Below are positions 52,102 through 64,000 of a stretch of 64,000 bases of DNA, one piece after another. The DNA is taken from contig NW_002060947.1 in the NCBI RefSeq assembly GCF_000150275.1, forward strand, positions 4,082,335 through 4,146,334, written 5' to 3'. Under the pieces are notes generated by a model. That model ran no database searches. It was not told the origin of the DNA and worked only from the letters and a program-made list of their open reading frames with translations. Origin of the DNA: Trichoplax adhaerens (lineage: Eukaryota; Animalia; Placozoa). The position numbers and the translations under genes are program-made. Numbering within the stretch: the stretch's first letter is position 1; each line of letters starts with the position of its first letter.

Positions 52102-53491
52102 ATGTCGAAAGGAATGGAATGCAATAGCCCTAATAATTATAATCCAATGGGTGATCGACTGCAAGTCGTTCGTCCATCTCTACCGAAAAAATCCATTGCT
52201 GATGCCTACTTATTGGCATTCCCTCTTGGAATTCTTGGCTTACATCGCTTCTATCTGGGTCAAAAGTATCTTGGACTTGCTTATTTTTTCTCTTTTGGAT
52301 TATTCGGCCTTGGATGGTTGCATGATCTTGTCTTTATGCCTAGCGTAGTCAATCATGCTAATCGTTGCCGAGCTCTTCCACAAGAGAAGAAACCATACAG
52401 TTTACTCGAAGCCTATATCCTTTGCCTCAATCCAGCTGGAATTTTTTTCGGTTTACATCAATTCTATTTAGGAAGGTAAACAAAATAGCAAGTACTATTT
52501 CTACGGACTGTTTGCCAATGAATTGATTAACAAAGTAATCCATGCAATATACGTAGTTCTGATTAAAATCTAAAATCTATTACCATAGCGTTGATTAAAT
52601 TATTATTATAACAAGTTCGATGGACGCGTAGTCAACATTTTAAGAACTATTTCTGTCCTGTATTTGTTCATTTACCATCATGATTTCTTTGACTGTATGG
52701 CTAGGAAGGGATTTGGTACCGCTTATTGCTTTACGATAGGCTTATTTGGTGTTGGTTGGCTTTCCGATATACTGAGGATGCCTAAGTTAGTTGCAGACGC
52801 CAATAAGCGAGCAATGGAAATACAAGCTAATCCTGAAGTTGCTAAGCAAAAGAAAGCTAAGAAAATTGACGACGCTTACATTTTATGCGTATTCGGATTT
52901 TTAGGACTTCATCATTTCTACTTGGGCAATATTGGATTTGGTTTTGCCTATTTATTTACCATGGGTATGGGAGGAATTGGATGGTTAGTCGATTTCCTTC
53001 GCATGCCAATACTAGTAGCCAGAGCCAACGACCCAAATCCAAGCCCCAAAAAGCATCTAGATGACGCTTATATTTTAACATTCCCCCTTGGAATGCTAGG
53101 TTTACAACACTTTTACTTAGGTAGACCTGGTTGGGGTGTTACTTATATGTTTACGCTTGGCTTGGCTGGCTTTGGATTCTTGGTTGATCTTGTTCGTATG
53201 CCCTTCTTGGTTCGCCAAGTTAACGATGCTATAATTGAAGGTCAAAATTTACTTGGTGTTGCTATTGATTCAAACTATAATGGTAATCAACCTCAATTTG
53301 GCAACAATCCCTCTGTGAATGCCTCCAATATGCCTTACCAAGCACCTAACAATGTTATGGAGACTAGGAAAGTACCAATAGATAACGGAAATACTGTATT
53401 AAATTATCCACACAAAGATGTATATCCACCTCCACCATCAATTAGTACTGAACCACCACCTGCTTATGAATCAAAGGTTAACTTACGCTAA
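52102..53491 (+). CDS. 4x TM2-domain multi-pass membrane protein, paralog B (~386 aa); exons 52102-52475, 52705-53491
   Basis: Four TM2 repeats (LHRFYLG, LHQFYLG, LHHFYLG, LQHFYLG); same intron position as paralog A; C-terminal PPPAY. Confidence 0.9.
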
Positions 53492-55378
53492 AAGAGATCG
53501 CGTTCTGGCTACCATAAGCATAATCGACTCAATATTTGTAAGATTGCACAAGGCTTATAAAATCTTTCCTACTGTATATAGAGAATTTCCCTTCTAATTT
53601 GGTGATAAGTATTATAGATCAATTTAGACCTTTTCTTCGCGGGTAGTCCATGCAATTACTGTAACAATTTCCTTTAACATAAAGGTTTTCACGGTATTCT
53701 CGCAATTAATATAATAAAATTATCGCGAAATTATTTTTTGCACTTTTCACATCAGCTCTAATCGCAGGCATACAATCTGGTTGAACCTTATAGAATTATG
53801 CATAGCTGGTCTGTCTGTTGTGATGATGATGATCAAAAAAATACTACATATTGCTCAGTTGGTAGCGATTTCTTGATCTGATGTAATTGTAGATTTAACA
53901 AATGACGACTCAATCAAATTACCGATTGCTGATTCAATCACTACTTCGTTGTAAAGTATTATAAATAGTAAGCTATCATTGATTGATAACTGCTTAAGCT
54001 GTAAATAGCATTCCACATATAGTAAAGCTTTGCGTCCAATAATTATATTTAATTATGTATGTAATCAAACTCTAGAATATGTAATTATACATATAGTAAA
54101 GTTATAATAAATGCAGTAAATGTATTTGAGCAATTTACATATTTTGTAATATTTCTTGCGCGTGACCAGTATTGTCTACTACAGTCATCCAATCGTATAA
54201 TGGTCTCTAAGAAAATTATTATGCTATATATTTGTATAGTATCTATTTATAAGTATTTATAAGCGAATGAGACTTTACTATAACTGGGTAGGTCAATTTA
54301 TAACTAAGTTGGGATGAACTGAGATATTTCTAGAATTGACGAATCTTCTTAATAGAAAAATTGTCTAGATATCCGCTATGTAATACAGACTTGCTGAAGT
54401 GAAGATTAAAAGGCATTAATTTAATAAAAATATACTGGTTCGATATAGCACCAACACGATTAACTAAGTAGTGATCGCATGCGTAACCTACAATGAGAAG
54501 AGTAAGGCCTTAAAATTTACCCATCGTATGCATGCATCAGAATTCAAAATATTTCATATAAATTAATTGGGTTCCAATTCTTAAATTTACGTATAAGAAA
54601 GACGGTTCTTTCTTTCCTGTAATAATTTAACATACGGCGTGTAAGCCACAATGCTTTTTATGAATTATTTTAAGATCTAGTCAAGGTAGAATGATACACG
54701 TATGATGCAACAAATGGTGTATGTAAACAATGTATCTACCAAAGTATTTTATTTCCACATAAAGCACTACCAATTAAATCACCTAAAATGCTTTAAAATG
54801 TTCATTTTATTTTCGCATACTGTAGATTGTTCAGTTTGATTTATTCGTCATTTACGCTAAGGAATTCTAATTAAATTAATGATATTTTAATCGATAAATA
54901 TATCCATGACTTCTCTACATAAAGCTTTCTGCGTCACACTATTGTAAACATATTTCATAATGTGTTCGCTCTGTTTTATTTAAAAAATAATGATAAATCT
55001 ATACAGTGTAGAGATACTGATAAATACTGTGGCATATCAATGCTACAGCAAATAACTTTCTTAATGTATCCTGATTTTCAAAATGTGTGTAAGGAATAAC
55101 TACTTTCATTCTTAGATAAAAACAAAGAACATACCGATATACAAAACATGAAATACCATTATCATTTAATGCTGCAAAACAAAAACAGTAATTTCGTTTT
55201 CCAATATTTAATTCTCACTGGTATGGACCTTAATACATATTCTCCGTATCATAGATTGTCAGTACAGTTATTCTTTACTAGATTGACACGATGAATGTGA
55301 AATGGGATCAGGCATGGGACGAGTAGTAGATCAACCGTAGCAAGCCCATGTTGTACAGCAGTAATAAACAGTAAGGCG

Positions 55379-58300
55379 TCATGTAAACAGATGTATAGTT
55401 TCCGAAGGATAACCTAGTTCTTGTAAGGCTCTAGAATATAAATAATTAAGTTATGAAAACTGAATGAAACAGCTACGCTTTGCTATATCGTAAGTTGCTA
55501 TACAATAAAAGGTGTCTAGTATCTGCTGTTTGTGTAAAATTATTACAATAGCTTAGATAAAACATACGTTTCCATGCTATTTGTAAAAGGTGTTGGACCG
55601 CAAACACATATCAATAGTTTGTCCAAATCCGTAACACCTGGAGGTGGTGGGAGTTGCTTATGAAGCACTTCTTTTGTAATCCTACCGTTATTACCTTTCC
55701 AATCAGGAGATGGCGCTGATAAAGTATGATATACCTGAAACCTAATACAGTAGATTTCATATTCCAAATTTTTAGAATGTAATACAGTAATAGTTTACTA
55801 TTACTACAATCTTATATCAACAAGCCATCTTAAGTGAATTCGCAATATCGATAACGACACGCAACACAGTAATGACGCATATTTGTATTACAATTTTCTT
55901 AAAATTATTTGCACATAAGTGAATTTTCAATATCGATAACGATAACAACACAGTAATAAGATATATTTCTGCTACAATTTCATAAACTATTTGCTTGGAC
56001 CTTGTTTTTTAGAATGTCTGACATTTATTATGAAGACAACTATCAAAAAAGGTATATTACAATTTGCGATATTGCAGTAAATAAAATATCATAATGATCT
56101 TAATTGTACCTATCGTGGCTATATCGAACCAAATTCTCTAAAGAATCTTTCCACAAGATATCCTTTTCCGTTTTATTACCAAATAAAAGCTTAACTTGGC
56201 TGAATAAATTGAAATAAGAACAGAATATTCCTTCATTAATCCACATAAAGAATACCTAGCCAAGAAAATCAGCTATAGCAATAATCTATTATTTATTTGA
56301 TAAAAATAACTAAATAAAAAGGATATTAACCATTTTGATTCCGGTTTGTCAATTATAAAATACCGCATTAGCTTTACCATTGGAGTAAAACCTTTTATTT
56401 CGAGAAGGATCATTAAAACATTACTTTTCAAGGATAGTAACATTATCAGTAGATCAAATATCGTACAATAAATATTCGGTACCTGTTCCGCCAGCTATTA
56501 AAATAAGTTGTTCGATTGATTCCAGACGTGAAAATTTAAAATTTCCCAAGTGTTCGCTAATTTTAATTGTCTCACCTAAATCATTGGCATAATTAGGTTT
56601 GCCTCTGCTAATCTCGAGGGCCTTTATTACCTAAGCTATTTTATTTTGCATTGCAGTATATAATTCGCACTGCGCATATACTGTAAAAATTATGAAACTA
56701 ACTTATTTTAAGTGAACCGAGAAATGGAGTTAAAGCGCCATCCTTATAAACTTTAATCATAAATGAAATATCACGACCATTTCCTGAAATATTAACGGCT
56801 TCATCAGGATTTAAAGAAACTACCGGCGTATAATTGCGGCCAATCTCCATGCCTGTACAGTACGCATACAATAGCCTTAGTTTTCAAGTATCTAGCTCAA
56901 AGATTCAATGAACTACAATACTATACTATTTTTTAAGTTTGAAATTAACTACTAACCACTCATTTCAGTTTGTATTATAAGGTGACGTCCGACAGGGACG
57001 TGCATAAATGAACCTCTAGGTAAGGCTACGCCAAAAATCCAAGTATCGTGCGTAACAGGAGTCTTGGAAATCAACTTACAATCGAAGTAAGAAGTTTCTA
57101 CGAAAAATTATAAGGTTAAAGGATAGATTAGACAAAAGCTATGCAATAACTACTAAAAGACAGTTTATTATATTTTGAAACTTATATTGATACACAAGAT
57201 AAATCAAAATTTGGCGCTAATATCTTGCAAATAACTGATATCCAGGTCGATAATATCACCTAAATATGAGGAAAGGAAGAGGGCTCACTAATTCACTATT
57301 CACATCCTCATTGAATAAACGGTGGATGGGTGAAGGGAGCGAGATTTGCCATATTTAGTAAATCTTAACTACCGGCGTTTAAGTCGATTGAGTGATAAAA
57401 GTGAAGGAAAGAAGGTAATGAACTTAGACATGTAAGCGAACTGCACGTTAGCCTTTCAGGATACCGTTTTCAGTCATGGGAACTAAACTACTTGCATAAT
57501 CAGTACACTCTAACTCCTTATAGTTCAGCATACTGCAAGCTCTGTCTACAGTACAGCATATTCAACGCTTTCACAAGTAAGTTCAAATATAGCATCGTCA
57601 TATGCAGTAATACTACCATATCCAATATTTTGCTATATAATGTGATATGAAAATAACAATAAACAAGCATAAATGCATGACAAATTTCATGTTGTTAGAT
57701 AAAAATACAGTAGTATCATCATCTACTAGCGTTCAATCTCAGCGATAACATTGACAAATGGCACTGATTGACAAGAAATTCCAAGAACCTATAGGCTTTA
57801 CCTCTATTATTTTTTGGTAATAACTTGTGATGTCCTGACAGTTCTTTCCCTAAGGAAAGCCATTTTTTACCAATTTCTTGTTTTAAAAGTATCACTTCAA
57901 TATTGCCCTCTGTCGATATTTTCACTACAAGAATTAGGATATAGAACAGATTAAAAATGATGAAACATCAGTACCGCATGGTATTATATTCTAAAGTTTA
58001 TGACCGTTAAAAATGTACGAGCTTGCGCTAATTAAGCACTATGCAGTGGACGTCATAATAATGGTATTCATTTTATGCATCAACAAATAGTAAAAACTAA
58101 CCTTCACTTTCACATATTTCCTCGAAAAGGTCTAAAAAGTAAATTTATCTTATTAGTATTCGATTTTATTTTTAGACAATGTTGGTGTGAATGGCTATAC
58201 GTGTATTTACCTAAGCATAACTGAAGGATTTTATCTCCCAGTACAATCCATATATCGGTTTTTCTATTATTTTTCACATTAACGAGGATATCTTCATTTG

Positions 58301-60382
58301 TTAAGCCTTTGTGCTTAGTATACACGACGATCGTAATCGATTTGTCACTTTGATACCAATCGTACCTAGACGTTAATGTTGAATAAGTTTACCATGAAAT
58401 TGAAATAATTTATAAGCTTAATCGTGCAATAATAAAATAAATTATATTTAAAAATTGGCTACCTCGGGATAGGAGGTGATTTTTTTATATTTTGCGGAAC
58501 AGCAAATATTTCTAAGATTATAAAGTAACCGTTTTAATCACAGGCAAACTATTAACATAAAGTATACTTTGAAATCTATGATAAAGCTATAATGTATGTT
58601 ACCTTTTGATTGGGTCGGCACAGATAACGAAGATTTGGAAACCATGCTTCCTAATCCATATTTTTATGAAATAATTTAAAATTGTAAATTATCAATATAA
58701 TTTCGTCGTTATAGTCATGAAAGCTATATATAAGCCATGAGACAGTTGACCAACTTTCCATTAAAATCAACATATAACGAACCGTTTGATTTTTTATTCT
58801 TTTCTTTGCCGTCAACTCCATCAGCTATAATGTAACCTACTAAGCACTTTGCGAGCATCGATTCAACATTGACCCAGCGATGAATCTAAGAATGTTTGTA
58901 CGCATCATTAATTTTAACATATTACCAATATCACTATAATAGCGATAACTGTGATTATATAATTGTTATTAGTAACACAGTTTATTAATTAGGGAATAAA
59001 ATTTAATACAGAAAGTATAACTTTGGAACTAGTGCAGTTAGTCTAATAATAATAGAAAGCATACTTCATCGAATAGATCTGTTCCGTCACAACCAACACT
59101 CCTCATTAATTCGTCGATACCACCAGGATGGAACTTCATATAAGGAGTGATATTATAAACTTTCCCTAGTTAATAGAAGAAATTTATTTGTAAAGTCAGA
59201 AAAAAGGTGAATGACTATCGTATGCGTATGTCGGTAAATCTATTCCCATCATAGATAAAAATGCCAAGAAGGAATTGGTTCCAGGCGGAGATATTATTAT
59301 TAATAATTAGACTGATAGTGAATAATATCAATTTGAACTAATTGTTTATGCAGCATGTTTTAGATTGTCGCTTAATGTTATTTCAACTGCCACTGTTTAC
59401 AAATTAATAAAATATGCTATAAAAATTGTCAATTTGATTCATCTTACTGCTGCGAGCGTATAATTTTAACCAAGCTACAAAAAGAATCTTAAAAGAGTTG
59501 AAGTAGTTACCAGCTAAAACAATAGCTTTAGCGTACATTGCTATAAAATATGCTACTTCAGAAAATAATATTTGGTCTTAATGAAACAAAATGGCAAATG
59601 ACTACGGTTGCTTACAAATAAATAAATTCTTTTCTCGTTTTAAAATTTAAACTATTTTACCATCAAATTATAAAGATTATTATAGGATGGAGGTTAAGAC
59701 TTGTATCCCGCAGTATAAATCTGTAGATTAAAATTACAAAACTACTGCTAATTAAACCTTTTTTTTCAATTCTCCTATCAACTATTGCAACGATTAATTA
59801 ATTTATATTGAACGCCACGTTTGATAGTACGATTCAATTAATATCACAATTTGAGGCAAAGAATCGAATCCTGTTAGGAAACGATCAATCGTTTAATTAT
59901 AACAAGAAAAGCTACGATTAACTTTAGGATATTAAGTAGAACTACCGTCTCTAGAACTCTACATTTCGTCTACTCTAATTTGAGTAGAATAGAATATATT
60001 TTTTTATGGATGTTCATAAACACCCTTATACTATTCATTTTATAACAGAAACAGATTGATTACCTCGAATACACGTCCATGCATCCGTTTCAGTATTATG
60101 GCGAGCAAGTTCATCGTTGGTTATTTTGCGTATAATGCCGCCAGTCCCAGCTAAATCTGGATGTTTCGTCCCTAACGTAATCCAATCTAATAATCCATAA
60201 CCTTTGCCTAGGATGACCTTTTTTCTACCACCATTGGCTGTTGATCCAGCGCTGCTTCTCTGTGGAGAATTAGCCATTGGAAAGAGTTGACCACCTTTAG
60301 GATTAGACATTTCTTCCTCTTCCTTCTGCTTATTATCGCTAGTGCTTACTGTCAATTGAGAATTACCACAAGCATTACCCAT
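55379..60382 (-). CDS. CYB5R4: Cytochrome b5 reductase 4 (cytochrome b5 + CS + FAD/NAD-binding domains), multi-exon
   Basis: [18 protein letters not shown]; [13 protein letters not shown]; [16 protein letters not shown]; CS domain YDWYQSD; RNYTPV; LIAGGT|GFTPM; CVCGPTPFT; stop at 55379. Confidence 0.95.
55832..55995. repeat. 85 bp tandem duplication in a CYB5R4 intron
   Basis: aagtgaatt..caatatcgataacga...caacacagtaat at 55832 and 55917. Confidence 0.8.
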
Positions 60383-62059
60383 AATCAGATCATCAAGACC
60401 AAAAAAAAATTTAAAGTTTTGCCCAGTCTCAAGTAGTCAATATAAACTTTTGAATTTCTTCACTACTTTGATGTTAATGATGAGAAGAAGTCCCAGAAAT
60501 GAAAACAACACTAGACTACGGTGATTATTTTTTTGGCATACACAAAAAAGTTTCTACTATAGAGTCCAAAGTAGAAAGATAATGAGATGTCTGAAGTAAC
60601 AGTAACGAGTTTTGTTGGATTAGAAAAAGAAGCAGTAACTTATCAACGACACACGAGTCTGTTTAACGTTTTGGAGATAATTTCTAACGTAATTAAATAG
60701 AGATGATTTTCACAGATGATAATTTTCGTTTTTACAGTAGATTAAGGCATCAATTAAAAAAAACTAATTTAGCATAGCAAGGAATATATTCAATAAATAG
60801 CTTAGCTTAACACGATAGCCCTCCACTGCAGTATTTACTCTCTCTCTCTAATCTAAGTAGTGAGGGCGAGCAATACTGTACATACAGTATACAGTATAAA
60901 ATTATCACTAACAATTAATTAAATACAGGATGATAGACTATTTAGAATATGCGTTGTAAACAATTGATAACATTTGTTAAGGTTATAGTATAATCAATTT
61001 TGCTTTAATAAAATTGGAGCCTAATACAAAGGTAGACCGTGAATATAATAGATTCATTTCAATATATATATATATGTATATGTACATGTGTTATCAATAT
61101 TATAATTAGTTTCTTCTGGTTCTATAGCGATAACAATAATACTATTCGCTACCGCATTGAGTACATCAAATTGTGACTTAAATTGCAAGCGCGCTTATGA
61201 TAGTTCTACCGTTCTATAATAGTTTTAGTTTTTAATTGATAAAACTTGTAATAATTGATTTTGTCTACATCTATTATTTGATATGGATCCTTTGCCTTGG
61301 CAACTATCTGATAATGATATGAAAATTTGTAGTACCATATGATCAGTATGGATTGTATGTACGTAGTGTTTGTCACATCTGCTTTTTCTCTATGGAAACG
61401 TAGATTACGTTGGATTGGAAAAGTTCTACTAACGTTATGAATGTTCTGATCAACATCTAGTATACAGTAAACATTTGGATATACAGTACAGTACAGTGTC
61501 GTCTAGCACGAAAAAGGTCTCGATTAGCATATACTTTACTACATGACCAACTGCATAATTTTACGCGTACTGTACTGTACAGTGTACAGTACAGTAACTG
61601 CATAATTCTACAGTATAATAGAAGTACTGTACGCGTACAGTACGGTACAGTCGCGCTATCATCATGACTGAGACAGAGAGACGGAAGTGATGGTTCCCTT
61701 TAGTCTAAGAAATGTCAAGACGGATTATCTTTTACTGGTTATTTGAAAGTGTATCGTATATCTGCAACGGTACACTATATTGTCGGCGATAACATCTAAA
61801 AATAGTCCCTGATTTTTTGGTGTGTTAATGCATCATCGTTTAAGCTATTTACGCTGAGTATCTGAGTAATCGGGGTTATTATGGCTGGGCCTACTGTACA
61901 GTATGTCTAAAAATCAGTCTACAGTACAGTACAGTACAGTCAGTAGTCCAAATAAAAAGACGGCCGACCAGACCACAGACTACAGTACTGTAATTGAATC
62001 GCTACAGTGTACAGTCCTACAGTATAATACAGTACTGTACAGTACATCGCGACGCAACT

Positions 62060-62392
62060 GTACTGTACAGTACGATACGGTACACTGTATAGTACAAATC
62101 ATTCTGGGAGTACAGTACAGTATTTCACCCGGTGCTGTACAGTGTATAGTGTACAGTAGTTCTTGTAAATCATTCGGAGTACTGTACAGTACTGTATGAC
62201 GAGACTAGCCGGTAAACGGTGAAGAGTACAGTACAGTACGATACGGTACACTGTACAGTACAAATCATTCTGGGAGAACAGTATTTCACCCGGTGCTGTA
62301 CTGTACAGTACTGTACAGTGTACAGTGTACAGTAGTTCTTGTAAATCATTCGGAGTACAGTACTGTATGACGAGACTAGCCGGTAAACGGTG
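62060..62392. repeat. Tandem duplication, 166-171 bp unit x2, TACAG-rich, upstream of the BLOC1S3-like exon
   Basis: tacgatacggtacactgta at 62071/62237; gacgagactagccggtaaacggtg at 62198/62369. Confidence 0.92.
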
Positions 62393-62488
62393 CAGTGACA
62401 CCACGAAATACTGTAATTTGACCTGATTGTACGCAGTGTCATTGGTGCTGTAGTTGACCGCTGTATCGTTCTGTTGTAGCACTACAAA

Positions 62489-62697
62489 ATGTCCACCATC
62501 GAAATTCAAGGAGAAGGTTCGGAATCTGAAGAAGAAATTGCAATCTCCCAACAACTCCATAGCTGCTCTAATACACAAAGCACTGTCAACCCGATTTCAA
62601 GCCATGGAACGATCGTAGCTGGGGAAGCATCGGAATCAGAGGACGATCAATACCCTAACGTTCAGCCAGCCCAAACTGTTCATCCGCAAAAACCCAG
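62489..62697 (+). CDS. Probable first exon of a BLOC-1 subunit 3-like gene
   Basis: Two acidic motifs IQGEGSESEEE and IVAGEASESEDD resemble the duplicated V.GEA.E.D motif of BLOC1S3; donor CCCAG|GTACAG; downstream exons not identified. Confidence 0.5.
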
Positions 62698-64000
62698 GTA
62701 CAGTACAAATACAACCTAAATGATTCGTCCTGCTCATTCTTCTACTCTAGTACTGTATTACTGTGCTGTATTTGGGGCTGTAAAGATACCAAGAAGTTAA
62801 TCGACACTGCTATTGGACTATTTCATGAGTTTGCATTATATGCATAATTCAACTGTTAGACATTTTATTGATAGTAATGCTAAGTCAAGGCTATCATAAT
62901 CCAAGCTAAATGCTACAAGCTATAGACTGTAATCCAGGAATTCGAAATTAATCAATAACGCCAGGGAGGGAGAGACTACTCCCAAGAAATAGGTATAAAT
63001 GGGTACTTTATTCCAATTTTACTAATGAAATATTACTAAGCAATGCTTGAAATTGACTGGCATTGAAATCGAAAGACAACAGGTATACCGTACAATATCG
63101 TAATACGAACTCTTTTACATTTCTTATAAGATCTTCTACCCACCCATTGCCCCCAAAATATTTGTTGTCGTTGTACAATATCACAGTGCGTTGGCAATGA
63201 TCAGTTACGAAATAGAAGTATAGTATACTTCATTCATTGAAATAATGATAGTCATTCTGTAAGTGATCTTACACTATTGTAATAACTGGCAGTGTAAAAT
63301 AATCTCTTGCAGTCAATCTCTAGTTGCTTCCACATAAACTGGACTATTGCAAGATATCAATATGCAAAGGACACCAATTGCGCAACATTATACCCGTACT
63401 GTACATTACAAGTGACAACAAAAAATTGATTACTGCATAAGGTGAATCTACCAAAATTACATAAAAATGGCAACACCAATAAAGCATGAACAGGTGTACA
63501 GTATGTGGTAGACGTGTATGGTGAAAAAGTGCATGAATGGATACAGTAGTTGAATTCTCTTACCATACGTTTAGATCCTACGTGTCTTCTCTGCACCTAT
63601 ATTGAGATATTTGCTGTGGACGTCATAAAACTCGACTGACTGTCAATAGTTGAAACGATCATGAGGCTTATTTAGACCTATCTACTCAAAAATTCTACCT
63701 TTATAAGAAGTTAATGCTATGAAGATAAAATACAATACGCCACAATAGCAATTATATAGGCAAGAGTTTAGACAGACCTCATGAATTCAAGTACATCTAG
63801 ATCACCAAGACCAATTTCCTTTTTTTGGTGAATGAAATCGCTCTTTGAAATCAGTGCATTTTAAATGCACTACAGTATCATTCATTGTACGTAACATACT
63901 CGTACAGTACTGTACTGTACTGTACGGGTACGGCTGTACAGTACTTACCATTGTCTTCAGTACAAAGTATTGTACTCTACAGTACTGTACAACACGGCAC

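Noticed and set aside
29169-53491. Functional Notch-processing cluster (ADAM10-like plus TM2 proteins)
   Set aside because: Separated by XPO4 and about 15 kb; both are divergent from the canonical Notch components; proximity alone is not evidence
56200-56335. ATATCCTTT near a CYB5R4 donor suggesting an AT-AC intron
   Set aside because: A canonical GT 4 nt upstream and an AG acceptor give the correct frame (KC|QVKLLFGN); no U12 branch point seen

Overview
AT-rich, intron-dense eukaryotic (early-branching metazoan) genomic DNA. Compact introns, gene content and pervasive TACAG/CTGTA repeats suggest a placozoan such as Trichoplax; this is inference, not verified. Spliced genes reconstructed by hand, in order: NUP43 3' end (+), ZC3H12/Regnase (-), NDUFAF4 (+), NUS1 (-), UTP11 (+), CUL5 (-), an unusual ADAM10-like metalloprotease (-), XPO4 (+, apparently lacking its C-terminal end), a head-to-head pair of 4xTM2-domain membrane proteins, CYB5R4 (-), and the first exon of a BLOC1S3-like gene (+). 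The main unexplained patterns are five. (1) Three sequence-unrelated tandem duplications just upstream of housekeeping genes all have a 166-171 bp, nucleosome-sized unit. (2) (TACAG)n/(CTGTA)n pentamer clusters mark housekeeping 5' ends but not the lineage-specific ADAM and TM2 genes. (3) A ~200 bp element sits in inverted orientation at two divergent promoters. (4) The ADAM has a multi-pass membrane anchor and a repeat-expanded signalling tail. (5) The 4xTM2 proteins end in PPxY motifs. Long hairpins/MITEs and a U12-type intron candidate are also present. No rRNA, tRNA or CRISPR was seen.
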